This document shows, piece after piece, positions 26,449 to 36,158 of a stretch of DNA of 42,639 nt; positions within the stretch are counted from its first letter, which is position 1; the number at the start of each line of letters is the position of its first letter. The notes under the pieces were generated by a model. The model was not told the origin of the DNA and ran no database searches. It worked only from the letters and a program-made list of their open reading frames with translations. The translations under genes were made by a program, and so were the position numbers. The DNA is from Ilumatobacteraceae bacterium (lineage in GTDB: Bacteria; Actinomycetota; Acidimicrobiia; Acidimicrobiales; Ilumatobacteraceae), in assembly GCA_036736065.1 (NCBI GenBank), contig DAINND010000001.1, forward strand, positions 16,676 through 59,314, read 5' to 3'.

Positions 26449-27843
26449 ATGACCTCGCCCCCGGAGCACGGCACCACCTCGTCCGACGTCGCGTCCGCGC
26501 GCCCTCCCAAGCTCGACACGACGCAGTTCGTGCTGGCGATCGGCCTGGTCCTCGGCGTCACCCTCGTGGCGTTCGAGGTGACGGCGATCATCACGGCGCT
26601 CCCGACGATCACCGATGAGCTCGGCGGGGACTCGCTCTACGGCGTGGCCCTCGCCATCTACACCCTCGCCAACATGGTGTCGCTGATCGTCGCCGGTCGG
26701 CTCGCCGACAAGCACGGCCCGACGGGCGTCTACCTGATCTCGGTTGCGGTGTTCGTCGTCGGGCTCGTGGTGGCCGGAGCAGCTCCCAACATGTGGATCG
26801 TCGTCCTCGGTCGACTGCTCCAGGGCCTCGGGTCGGGCGGCTTCTCCCCTGTCGCGTTCATCCTCGTCAAACGAGCTTTCCCCGAGCAGCGCCAGCCGAT
26901 GATGTACGCCTGGCTGTCGGCCGGCTGGGTGCTGCCGAGCCTCGTGGGCCCGTTGTTCGGTGGGCTCATCACGGACGCCTTCGGTTGGCGGTGGGTGTTC
27001 TACGGCATCGTTCCTGTCGCCGTGCTCGTCGGGCTGCTCGGCGCCATCCCGATGCGCGCCTACGGCCCATCGCCCCACGCCGGGGATGGCGAGGACCGGC
27101 GCATGGGTAGCCTCGCCCTGATCGCTGCGATCGGCATCGGCGCGCTGGTGCTGGCCCTGCCCGCATCGAACTTCATCGTCGTCGTGCTCGGGTCGCTCGT
27201 CGGGCTGGCGGTGGCCACCCCGGCGCTGCGCCGGTTGCTGCCCGCCGGATCGTTCACGGCTCGTCCCGGCTTCCCCGCCGTGCTCACCGTGCGGTTGCTG
27301 GCTGCCGCGGCGTTCATCGGCGTCGACAGCCTCGCTCCGCTCGCCGCCGACCGCATCCACGGCGCATCGCCCCTCGTGCAGGGGTTCGTCATCGTCGGCG
27401 CCTCCATCTCGTGGACGGGCGGCCAGATGCTGTCGACCCGCCTGACCGGCCTCACCGTCGCGCGGGCGTCGACGATCGGGTTCGCCGTGATGGGCGCGGC
27501 GACGCTCGCCGTGGTGCCGATCGTGTGGGCGGGCTGGCCCCTGTGGGCGGTGTTCGTCGCGTGGACCGTCGGCGGCGTCGGGATGGGCCTGCTCTACAAC
27601 CCGACCACGGTGGCGTCGATGAGCTACGCCGAGCCTGGGCGCGAGGGCGCGGTGAGCGGCCAGGTGCGCCTCATCGACTCGCTCGGCTTCTCGTTGGGCT
27701 ACGGCGTCGGCGGCGCGTTCATCGCCGCAGCCGACCGCGGGCAGATCGCACTCGTCACGGCGCTCGTGCTCGGTTTCGCCACGGCGGTGACTGCGGCCGT
27801 GGTGGGGCTGGCCGCGAGCAGGGGTGTGCGCGACGCCCGTTGA
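26449..27843 (+). CDS. MFS transporter
   Basis: A multi-span hydrophobic protein. It has the MFS loop motif GRLADKHGP between TM2 and TM3, and LLQGLGSGG. ATG 26449 lies 20 nt after the amidase stop. Confidence 0.85.
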   Translation: MTSPPEHGTTSSDVASARPPKLDTTQFVLAIGLVLGVTLVAFEVTAIITALPTITDELGGDSLYGVALAIYTLANMVSLIVAGRLADKHGPTGVYLISVAVFVVGLVVAGAAPNMWIVVLGRLLQGLGSGGFSPVAFILVKRAFPEQRQPMMYAWLSAGWVLPSLVGPLFGGLITDAFGWRWVFYGIVPVAVLVGLLGAIPMRAYGPSPHAGDGEDRRMGSLALIAAIGIGALVLALPASNFIVVVLGSLVGLAVATPALRRLLPAGSFTARPGFPAVLTVRLLAAAAFIGVDSLAPLAADRIHGASPLVQGFVIVGASISWTGGQMLSTRLTGLTVARASTIGFAVMGAATLAVVPIVWAGWPLWAVFVAWTVGGVGMGLLYNPTTVASMSYAEPGREGAVSGQVRLIDSLGFSLGYGVGGAFIAAADRGQIALVTALVLGFATAVTAAVVGLAASRGVRDAR

Positions 27844-27860
27844 CATGCAACCATGCGCCC

Positions 27861-29036
27861 ATGGGGCCATTGGATGGAGTCAAGGTTGTCGATCTGTCGG
27901 TCATGATCTCGGGGCCGTTGGCGGGCATGATGCTCGCCGACCAGGGCGCCGACGTGGTGAAGGTGGAGTCACCGGGCCTCGGTGACGTGATGCGCTTCCT
28001 CGGCTCGAACAAGGGCGGGATGACCGGCATCTTCCTGAACAACAACCGCGGCAAGCGCAGCCTGGTCGTCGACCTGAAGAAGGCCGAGGGCCTCGAGGTG
28101 GTCACCAAGCTGGTCGCCGACGCGGACGTGCTCATCCAGAACTTCCGCCCCGGCGCCATGGAGCGCCTCGGGCTGGGCTACGAGCAGCTGTCGGCGGTGA
28201 ACCCGGACCTCATCTACGTCAGCATCAGCGGCTACGGGCCCGACGGCCCCAACAGCCACCGTCGGGTGTACGACAACGTCATCCAGGCGGCGTCGGGCCT
28301 CGCCTCGGTGCAGACCGACCCGGCGACCGGCCAGCCCTCGCTGTTCCGCACCCTGCTGTGCGACAAGGTCACGTCCTACACGGCCACCCAGGCGATCACT
28401 GCGGCGCTGTACGCCAGGGCCACCGGCAAGGCACGCGGCCAGCACATCGTGCTCGCCATGCTCGACGCCGCCATCGCCTTCATGTGGCCCGACTCGGCGA
28501 TGGACGCCGTGCTGCTCGACGACGACGCCACCCGCACCCCCACCATCGGCTCGAACTACGCCGTCACCGCCCTCGCCGACGGCTTCGTCAGCGCGGGTGC
28601 GGTCACGGACGCCGAGTTCAAGGGCCTGTGCGCCGCCCTCGGACGTCCCGAGATGGGCGACGACCCCCGCTTCGCCAACGCGCTGGTGCGCACGCAGAAC
28701 GCCGGCGAGCTCGTGCGGATGATGCGCGAGGCAGCGATGGCGACCACCGTCGAGGAGTTCCTCGCCGGCGCCGAGACCCACGACGTGCCGGCATCGCGCA
28801 TCAACCACCTCCACGAGCTGGCCGATGACGGCCAGGTGCTGCACAACGAGGTGTTCGTCGAGCGCGACCACCCGGTGGCAGGCACGCTGCGCGAGCCGCG
28901 GCCCGCCCCGCGGTTCTCCGCCACCCCGGCCAGGGTCGCCGACCATGCCCCGCGGTTCGGCGAGCACAGCGACGAGATCGTCACCCAACTCGGTCTCGAC
29001 GCAGCCGCATTGCGCGCCGCCGGCATCATCTTCTGA
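27861..29036 (+). CDS. Class III CoA-transferase (CaiB/BaiF family)
   Basis: Reads LDGVKVVDLSVMISGPLAGMMLADQGADVVKVE...NRGKRS...DLKK..G...DVLIQNFRPG...GL....NP.LIYVSISGYG. Confidence 0.88.
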   Translation: MGPLDGVKVVDLSVMISGPLAGMMLADQGADVVKVESPGLGDVMRFLGSNKGGMTGIFLNNNRGKRSLVVDLKKAEGLEVVTKLVADADVLIQNFRPGAMERLGLGYEQLSAVNPDLIYVSISGYGPDGPNSHRRVYDNVIQAASGLASVQTDPATGQPSLFRTLLCDKVTSYTATQAITAALYARATGKARGQHIVLAMLDAAIAFMWPDSAMDAVLLDDDATRTPTIGSNYAVTALADGFVSAGAVTDAEFKGLCAALGRPEMGDDPRFANALVRTQNAGELVRMMREAAMATTVEEFLAGAETHDVPASRINHLHELADDGQVLHNEVFVERDHPVAGTLREPRPAPRFSATPARVADHAPRFGEHSDEIVTQLGLDAAALRAAGIIF

Positions 29037-29068
29037 TCACCGGCGTGTCGACGCCGCCACCTCGCCAG

Positions 29069-29096
29069 GGAACCGAACACCGCCCTCGGGCGTGTA
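29069..29096 (+). promoter_or_regulatory. ECF-type promoter (GGAAC-N17-CGTGTA) in front of the ECF sigma gene
   Basis: GGAAC at 29069-29073, a 17 nt spacer, and CGTGTA at 29091-29096. The GTG start at 29103 lies 6 nt downstream. This is the autoregulatory ECF pattern with a leaderless start. Confidence 0.45.
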
Positions 29097-29102
29097 TGAG
29101 AC

Positions 29103-29663
29103 GTGGATGACGTGACGATGGACCCGGTGCCGGCGGGACCAGTCGAACCGATCGTCATCGACCCGAGCCATGACACGTCGACCTTCGACGACTTCTATCG
29201 CGAACACCGCACGGGGCTCATCCGGGCGATGGCCGTCACACTGCGCGACCTCGATGCGGCGACCGATGCGGTCGACGAGGCCTTGGCCCGTGCCTGCCAG
29301 CACTGGGGCCGGGTGTGCACGCTGCAGAGCCCTGCAGGCTGGGTCTACCGGGTGGCACTCAACCTCAGCCGCTCACGCCTGCGCCGCCTCGGCCGGCGGC
29401 TGCCCGGTTGGGCGCTGCCCACGACCACCGCGCCCGAGACGACCCCCCTCGACCCGTCGATCGAGCAGGCCCTCGCTGGCCTCACCGTCGACCAGCGCTC
29501 GGGCGTGGTGTGCCGGCTGCTGCTCGGCTGGAGCGAGGCTCGCACGGCCGAGGTGCTCGATGTCCGCCCGGGAACGGTGAAGAGCCGTCTCAGCCGCGCG
29601 GTCGGTCAACTCCAGCCAGCCCTCTCCCACCTCCGCCCCGAGCACCAGGAGACCCAACCGTGA
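29103..29663 (+). CDS. ECF-family RNA polymerase sigma factor
   Basis: Region 2 reads FDDFYREHRTGLIRAM...AVDEAL...GWVYRVALNLSRSRLRR. Region 4 reads LTVDQRSGVVCRLLLGWSEARTAEVLDVRPGTVKSRLSRA. Confidence 0.88.
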   Translation: MDDVTMDPVPAGPVEPIVIDPSHDTSTFDDFYREHRTGLIRAMAVTLRDLDAATDAVDEALARACQHWGRVCTLQSPAGWVYRVALNLSRSRLRRLGRRLPGWALPTTTAPETTPLDPSIEQALAGLTVDQRSGVVCRLLLGWSEARTAEVLDVRPGTVKSRLSRAVGQLQPALSHLRPEHQETQP

Positions 29664-31129
29664 CCGCATCCACCGAGGCCGATCACGTCGTCGTCGACGC
29701 CGTGCAGCGCAGTGCCGCTCAGTTCGCCGTGGCCGACCGGCCCGTCGCGCTGGTGCGGGCACGCGCCGAGCAGCGCCGGCGGCGTCAGCGCACGACGTCG
29801 GCGCTCGCCGCGGTCGCCCAGCTCGTCGGCGGCGGTCTGGTGACCGCGCGCGTCGCGGGCCGCGACGAGCCGACGGGCGCCCCCGTGGCCGGCTTCACCT
29901 GGACACGCATCGAGCTGCCGCTCGGCAACGACGGTGCCGCAGGGATGCTCGCTGTCGACGGGACGGGCCCGTTCTTCGGCGTCGAGTACGTCGATCCGCG
30001 CAGCGAGCTCGTCGGCGTTGCCGTCTCACCCGACGGGGTCGCCTGGCAGCCGCTGCGCAGCGCACCGCCACTCGTCAGCAGCGCGGCCACCCCACCTGCC
30101 CTGACCGCCATCGGCGATCGTGTCGCGCTGGTCGGCCGGCTCGCTGCCGATCACGACGGTCTTCCCGCCGACACACTCGTGCTGACGACCTCCGACGATC
30201 GGGGCGCGACCTGGCGCACCACCGTGCTCGTGACCGAGCTGACCGACATCTGGTCGGCGGCCGCCGCCCTCGAGCCCGACGGAGTCCTCGTCGCGTTCGC
30301 CGGGGACGCCGCTCCGCTGCCCCCGGATTCGAGCCAGTCGAGCGAGGTGATCCCCCTGATGCAGTTGCTGCGGGTCGATGAGCGCGGCGTGGTCTCGCCG
30401 GTGAGCACCGAGACGATGCCCGAGGTCGAGTCGTGGACCTCGGTGATGCTCGACGAGTCGGCCGATGGGCTAGTGCTCGGCGGTGGTGACGCCCCCGTCG
30501 ACAACGAGTGGGCCGGCAACGTGTTCGTCCACCGGTTCATCGACGCCGCCGACAGCTGGACCGAGCTCGGACCCGCGACACCTTCACCGCTGTGGGCGCT
30601 GTCGCTCGATGGTGACACCACCTTGGCGGTCGGAGTCGACTCGTTCGAGCTGCCCGACGGCACCGGCTGGACGAGCCTGCACGCCCAGACACGCGCCGCG
30701 TGGGTGCGTGGCGCGTGGCAGAGCACGGCACTCGACGAGCTCATCCCCGAACGGCTCCGCCAGCGAGTGACGTACACGATCAGCATCAACCGGTGGACGG
30801 TCGAGAACGGTCCCGCAGGCCTCGCCATCGCCGCACAACTGCGGGAGCGCGACGAGACGGGGTCCGCCGACGGTGGGCGCGCCTGGATGCGCGCACAGGG
30901 CGCGTCACCGCATCAGTTGCTCTGGAGCGCCGACGGTGCGAACTGGACTGCGTTCCCGCTCGACGAGCTCACGGGGGCCAAGGTCTTCTTCGCCAGGCCG
31001 TTGATGGGCGACGACGGCACCCTGATCGTCGCCACCTACGTCGAACCTGAGTCGCCCGACACCGCGGACGATCAGGAGAGTGCCCCGAAGCCGCGCGCGA
31101 TCGTGCTGGTCGGCGAGCCGACCGGCTGA
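29660..31129 (+). CDS. Single-pass membrane protein with an extracytoplasmic Asp-box (BNR) beta-propeller-like domain; candidate partner or anti-sigma of the ECF sigma
   Basis: GTG 29660 overlaps the sigma stop (GTGA). After about 45 aa comes an RRRRQR motif plus a hydrophobic segment (TSALAAVAQLVGGGLV). Asp-box-like motifs follow: SPDGVAWQP, TSDDRGATWRT and SADGANWTAF. Confidence 0.7.
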   Translation: MTASTEADHVVVDAVQRSAAQFAVADRPVALVRARAEQRRRRQRTTSALAAVAQLVGGGLVTARVAGRDEPTGAPVAGFTWTRIELPLGNDGAAGMLAVDGTGPFFGVEYVDPRSELVGVAVSPDGVAWQPLRSAPPLVSSAATPPALTAIGDRVALVGRLAADHDGLPADTLVLTTSDDRGATWRTTVLVTELTDIWSAAAALEPDGVLVAFAGDAAPLPPDSSQSSEVIPLMQLLRVDERGVVSPVSTETMPEVESWTSVMLDESADGLVLGGGDAPVDNEWAGNVFVHRFIDAADSWTELGPATPSPLWALSLDGDTTLAVGVDSFELPDGTGWTSLHAQTRAAWVRGAWQSTALDELIPERLRQRVTYTISINRWTVENGPAGLAIAAQLRERDETGSADGGRAWMRAQGASPHQLLWSADGANWTAFPLDELTGAKVFFARPLMGDDGTLIVATYVEPESPDTADDQESAPKPRAIVLVGEPTG

Positions 31130-31170
31130 GCAGCCCGACCTGGACCCCACGGGCTCGGCCGGAGCCGACG

Positions 31171-32190
31171 TCAACCGAGACGGGTGCCGGTGGTCTGCTG
31201 GGCGTCGGACTGCTGCAGCAGCCGCGGACCCATCAACTTGGCCATGAGGTGCTCGCCGGCGCGCACCGGGGCGTAGCGCGGCGGGTTGTCCGGCCCCGTG
31301 CAGGTGGGCAGGCACTCGATCAGCGCATCGTGGTTGCCGTCGTGGAAGAAGGCCACCGAGCGGCGGTGGTTCGCCCGGTCGGCGAGCCGGGCGGGGGGCA
31401 GCACCCGGTGCAACGTGCTGCGCCAGCGATCGTTGGTCCACTCGGCCGTGAGGTCGCCGAGGTTGACGAGCAGCGCGCCGGGCGAGGGCACGACGTCGAC
31501 CCACTCCCCCGCCGGCGACAGCACCTGCAGGCCGGGCACCTGGTCGGCGTACAGCACGGTGCACACCCCGTAGTCGGTGTGCTCGCCCATGCCGATCTGG
31601 CCGGCGAGCGGGTCCGGGTCGCCCGGCTGGGTCTCGTAGTGGATCACCCGCAGGGTGTCGGTGCTGTGTGTGAAGGAGGGAGCGAAGAAGCCGTCGGGCA
31701 GGCCGAGGGCCACGGCGAACAGGTCGGTCAGCCGGTCGGCGACCCGGCGCGCCTCGGCCATGTAGGCCACCAGCGCTGGTCGCAGCGCCGGCACCTCGGC
31801 CGGCCACACGTTCGGCGCGAAGAGGCGAGCCCGCTCGACGACCACAGCCGGGTCGTCGAGGGCGGGCTCGTCCGGGCCGATGTTGAACGCCTCGAACAGA
31901 TCGGGGGGCCGGGCCACACCGACGCTGTAGCCGAGGCCTTCGGAGGCGCGCGCCGAGTAGCCGCGGTTCACCTCGAGGTCGGTCGGCTTGGCGGTGCGCT
32001 TGACGGCCTCCGGCAGGGCGAAGAACGCCGCCGTCGCCGCCTGCATCGCCGCGATCACCGCGTCGGGCACACCGTGGCCGACCACCTCGAAGAACCCGAC
32101 CTCGCGGCAGGCCGTGTCGAGCTCGGCACCCACCTCGGCCCGAGGTCGACCCGCGCTGATGTCGATCGTGGGGACCAGTTGCTGGCTCAC
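31171..32190 (-). CDS. 2-oxoglutarate/Fe(II)-dependent oxygenase (isopenicillin-N-synthase-like)
   Basis: Reads VPTIDIS...ACREVGFFEVVGHGVP...GEHTDYG.CTVLY...GLQV...W..V.P.PGALLVNLGD....TND.WRST.HRV. The HxD...H facial triad and RxS are present. GTG 32190 is chosen; GTG 32205 is an alternative. Confidence 0.85.
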   Translation of the reverse strand: MSQQLVPTIDISAGRPRAEVGAELDTACREVGFFEVVGHGVPDAVIAAMQAATAAFFALPEAVKRTAKPTDLEVNRGYSARASEGLGYSVGVARPPDLFEAFNIGPDEPALDDPAVVVERARLFAPNVWPAEVPALRPALVAYMAEARRVADRLTDLFAVALGLPDGFFAPSFTHSTDTLRVIHYETQPGDPDPLAGQIGMGEHTDYGVCTVLYADQVPGLQVLSPAGEWVDVVPSPGALLVNLGDLTAEWTNDRWRSTLHRVLPPARLADRANHRRSVAFFHDGNHDALIECLPTCTGPDNPPRYAPVRAGEHLMAKLMGPRLLQQSDAQQTTGTRLG

Positions 32191-32225
32191 CGTCGCCTCA
32201 CCCACCTTCCCGGGCGCTGTCGAGG

Positions 32226-33386
<1,161 letters not shown>

Positions 33387-33433
33387 GGCGGAAGGCTAGG
33401 CGAGCCCCGCCGCCGTCCTCCAACGAGAGCGGC

Positions 33434-34306
33434 TCAACCGGCGAGCACGGCGCGAGCGACGAGGTCGGTCCCGAACGCCGTCAGGATGGCCAGGTAGAGC
33501 AGGCCGGTCGCAGCCATCACCGCCGAGTAGTAGCGCTCGCGCAGAGCAGCCCGAGTGACGAACACGAGGACGATGGTGCTGATCGCACAGGCCGCCCAGA
33601 ACCAGCCGAGGGTGCCACCCCACCCGTCGTCGATCGTGCCGGTCCACACCGCCACCATGCCGGTGGGCAGCAGCATCGCCAGCACCTCGGCCGGCCACAC
33701 CCACCCGAGTGCGGTGACCAACTCGTTCAGCAGGCGCCGCGGCAGGCCGGGCTGCGTGAGGTACCAGTGCCCGAGCAGCATCGCGTCGGTGACGCAGCCG
33801 AGGAAGGCCGCACCCACCACCGTGCGCAGGATCGACACCGAGGTGTCCCACGCACCGCCGTCGGTGGCTGCCACGCCGGCTGCCACGAGGCCGATCAGCC
33901 CGATGGCAGGCGCGATCAGGTCGAGGGTGGGCTCGAACTCGCGTCCGGTGCGCACCGGAGCCTCGTCGCTCACGGCCCGTTCGATGCCCGTCATCGCCGC
34001 CACTCGGGCGCTGCGCCGGTCGTGCTCGACCTCGGCGCCGGACACACCGGCCTTGCGCCGGGCGATCGACACCGTGAGCACCGCGGCGGTGGCGATGATC
34101 ACCCCGATCGCCGCGAGGTCGCGTCCGGGCACCCAGCCGAACGACAGAGCGCAGACGACACCGATCGCGGCGATGACGAGGTAGACGCCACGCAGCAACC
34201 AGCCGTAGCCGAGGCCGGCGAGGCGTCGACGGGTCGTGAACCAGCAGAAGAACAGCCCGCCGACCGCCCATTGCAGCAGGAAGGTCGCTGCGTCGAGACG
34301 AATCAC
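33434..34306 (-). CDS. Conserved polytopic integral membrane protein, function unknown
   Basis: Several hydrophobic spans and high GC3. GTG 34306 is preceded by TAGCCT plus 7 nt. The track start at 34336 would overlap the divergent lipoprotein ORF. Confidence 0.7.
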   Translation of the reverse strand: MIRLDAATFLLQWAVGGLFFCWFTTRRRLAGLGYGWLLRGVYLVIAAIGVVCALSFGWVPGRDLAAIGVIIATAAVLTVSIARRKAGVSGAEVEHDRRSARVAAMTGIERAVSDEAPVRTGREFEPTLDLIAPAIGLIGLVAAGVAATDGGAWDTSVSILRTVVGAAFLGCVTDAMLLGHWYLTQPGLPRRLLNELVTALGWVWPAEVLAMLLPTGMVAVWTGTIDDGWGGTLGWFWAACAISTIVLVFVTRAALRERYYSAVMAATGLLYLAILTAFGTDLVARAVLAG

Positions 34307-34313
34307 CCGCCCG

Positions 34314-34319
34314 AGGCTA
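34314..34319 (-). promoter_or_regulatory. -10 box (TAGCCT) for the leaderless membrane-protein gene
   Basis: The minus strand reads TAGCCT-cgggcgg-GTG(34306). Confidence 0.35.
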
Positions 34320-34352
34320 ACGACCCGAGGTGGCACTGCACCCGGTGTGGCC

Positions 34353-34358
34353 TACGCT
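34353..34358 (+). promoter_or_regulatory. -10 box (TACGCT) for the leaderless lipoprotein gene
   Basis: Reads TACGCT-cctcgcc-GTG(34366). Confidence 0.35.
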
Positions 34359-34365
34359 CCTCGCC

Positions 34366-35007
34366 GTGATCTCCCGATCTCGGCTCCGGACCTGCCTGGT
34401 CGCCGCTGCTGCACTGGCTCTCGCCGGGGGCTGCGCCGTCGGCGAGCGGCCGTACTTCGCCGAGACACCGACGGCTGCGGGCACGATGAGCGGGGACCCT
34501 GCGATCGATGCCGTGCTCGGCCGGCTCGACCAGGTGTCGAGTGCCGTCTTCACGGCCGGCTACCGCACCGTGCTCGTCTACAACGGCACCATGTCCGACA
34601 TGGTCGCCGGTCAGGCCGACCCCACCCGACGGAGCACCACCGTCAACGACATCCGCTACGTCAGCGAGCCCACTGGCAGCCGGACCTGCACGGTCAGCAC
34701 AGGGCAGTGCTCACCGAGCATCGATGCGGCACGGATCAGCGACACCGGGGTCACCCCCGATTTCGTCTTCGGTGACGTGGCGAGGCGGCTCCGGCGCGAC
34801 GCGCTCTCCCGGATCGGGCCCACCGTGGCCTCCACCGTCGCGATCGCCGGCCAGCAGGCCACCTGTGTCGACGTGCCCGTCTCCGGGGGCGTCAAGGTCT
34901 ACTGCGCGCTCGACGACGGCGTGCTCGCCCGGCTGGTGAGCGGCGATGTCACTGCGGAGCTGACCGCCTACCAGCCGAGCGCCGACCCCGCGCTGTTCAC
35001 GCCCTGA
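34366..35007 (+). CDS. Lipoprotein of unknown function
   Basis: Signal plus lipobox VISRSRLRTCLVAAAALALAGGC. The mature part has four further Cys residues. No family was recognised. Confidence 0.7.
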   Translation: MISRSRLRTCLVAAAALALAGGCAVGERPYFAETPTAAGTMSGDPAIDAVLGRLDQVSSAVFTAGYRTVLVYNGTMSDMVAGQADPTRRSTTVNDIRYVSEPTGSRTCTVSTGQCSPSIDAARISDTGVTPDFVFGDVARRLRRDALSRIGPTVASTVAIAGQQATCVDVPVSGGVKVYCALDDGVLARLVSGDVTAELTAYQPSADPALFTP

Positions 35008-35026
35008 CCACCGACAAGGCGGTCAG
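35004..35026. terminator. Short hairpin between convergent genes
   Basis: CTGACC (35004-35009) pairs with GGTCAG (35021-35026), with an inner CC/GG pair. It spans both stop codons. This is a modest stem. Confidence 0.3.
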
Positions 35027-36150
35027 CCGAGCACAGCGAGGCCGTGGTCGACGTTGTTCATCCTCCGAGGGCCGTCGACGGTCGCGACGACGATGTCCTC
35101 GAGCCGCATGCCCCACTTGCCGGCCACGTAGATGCCCGGCTCCACGCTGAAGGCGTGACCGGCCGCGAGCGGCAGGTGGTTCCCCTCGACCATGTAGGGG
35201 TCCTCGTGGGCCTCCATGCCGATCCCGTGGCCGGTGCGGTGGATGAAGTACTCGCCGAAGCCGGCCTCGGCGATCACCCTGCGGGCAGCTCGGTCGACCT
35301 CCTCACATGGCGCGCCGACCACACCTGCGGCCACCCCGGCAGCCTGGGCCTCGTGCAGCACGGCGTAGGCCTCGGCCACCTCCGCAGGCGGTTCACCGAG
35401 GTGGACGCAGCGGGTGATGTCACTGCAGTAGCCGGCCATCGTGCCGCCGAAGTCGCACAGCACGATCTCGCCCTCGCGGATCACCCGGTCGCCCGGATGA
35501 TGGTGCGGCGATGCTGCGTTCTCACCGGCGGCGACGATCGCGAAGTTCACCAGCTCGTGGCCCTCGGCGAGGATGCGCGCGCCGAGATCGGCCGACACCT
35601 CTGCCTCGGTCCGCCCGACGAGCGGGATCCGCCCGGCCTGCAGCTCTGCCGCGATGCGGTCGACCGCGGCGCCAGCAGCGGCGAGGGCTGCGATCTCGGC
35701 GGCGTCCTTGGCCATGCGCAACTCGTTCATCACCGTGGTGGAACGCACGTAGCGGGTGCGGTCACTACCCCAGTGGCCGAGCAGCTCGACGACGAAGCGG
35801 GCCCACATCGTGTCCCCGACTGCCGCCACGCTCGGACGGGGGACGAGCCCGGCCACCAGCGCCACGGGGTCGTCGGTCTCGTTCCAGGGCAACAACGTGA
35901 ACACGCCGGGCTGCTCCGCGACCCTCGGCGCCTCGAGCCGCGGGATGACCAACGTGGCATCGCCGTCGCGCGGCACGACGAGCATCGTCAGGCGCTCGAG
36001 CGGCATCGCCGTGTAGCCCGTGAGGTACGGCAGATCGCTCCCGACGCTCAGCAACAGCACGTCGACCCCGGTCGCGTCCATGGCGCGCCGGGCGCGGGCG
36101 ATGCGGTCGAGGAACGGGCCGGACGTGGCGGTGGAGCTCATGCCCACCAT
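35023..36150 (-). CDS. M24-family Xaa-Pro peptidase (aminopeptidase P / prolidase-like)
   Basis: A creatinase-like N-domain is followed by the pita-bread fold: LCDFGG...GYCSDITR...HRTGHGIGMEAHEDPY...GHAFSVEPGIY...G.RLED. The metal ligands D, D, H, E, E are present. Confidence 0.88.
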   Translation of the reverse strand: MVGMSSTATSGPFLDRIARARRAMDATGVDVLLLSVGSDLPYLTGYTAMPLERLTMLVVPRDGDATLVIPRLEAPRVAEQPGVFTLLPWNETDDPVALVAGLVPRPSVAAVGDTMWARFVVELLGHWGSDRTRYVRSTTVMNELRMAKDAAEIAALAAAGAAVDRIAAELQAGRIPLVGRTEAEVSADLGARILAEGHELVNFAIVAAGENAASPHHHPGDRVIREGEIVLCDFGGTMAGYCSDITRCVHLGEPPAEVAEAYAVLHEAQAAGVAAGVVGAPCEEVDRAARRVIAEAGFGEYFIHRTGHGIGMEAHEDPYMVEGNHLPLAAGHAFSVEPGIYVAGKWGMRLEDIVVATVDGPRRMNNVDHGLAVLG

Positions 36151-36158
36151 TGTGCCGG

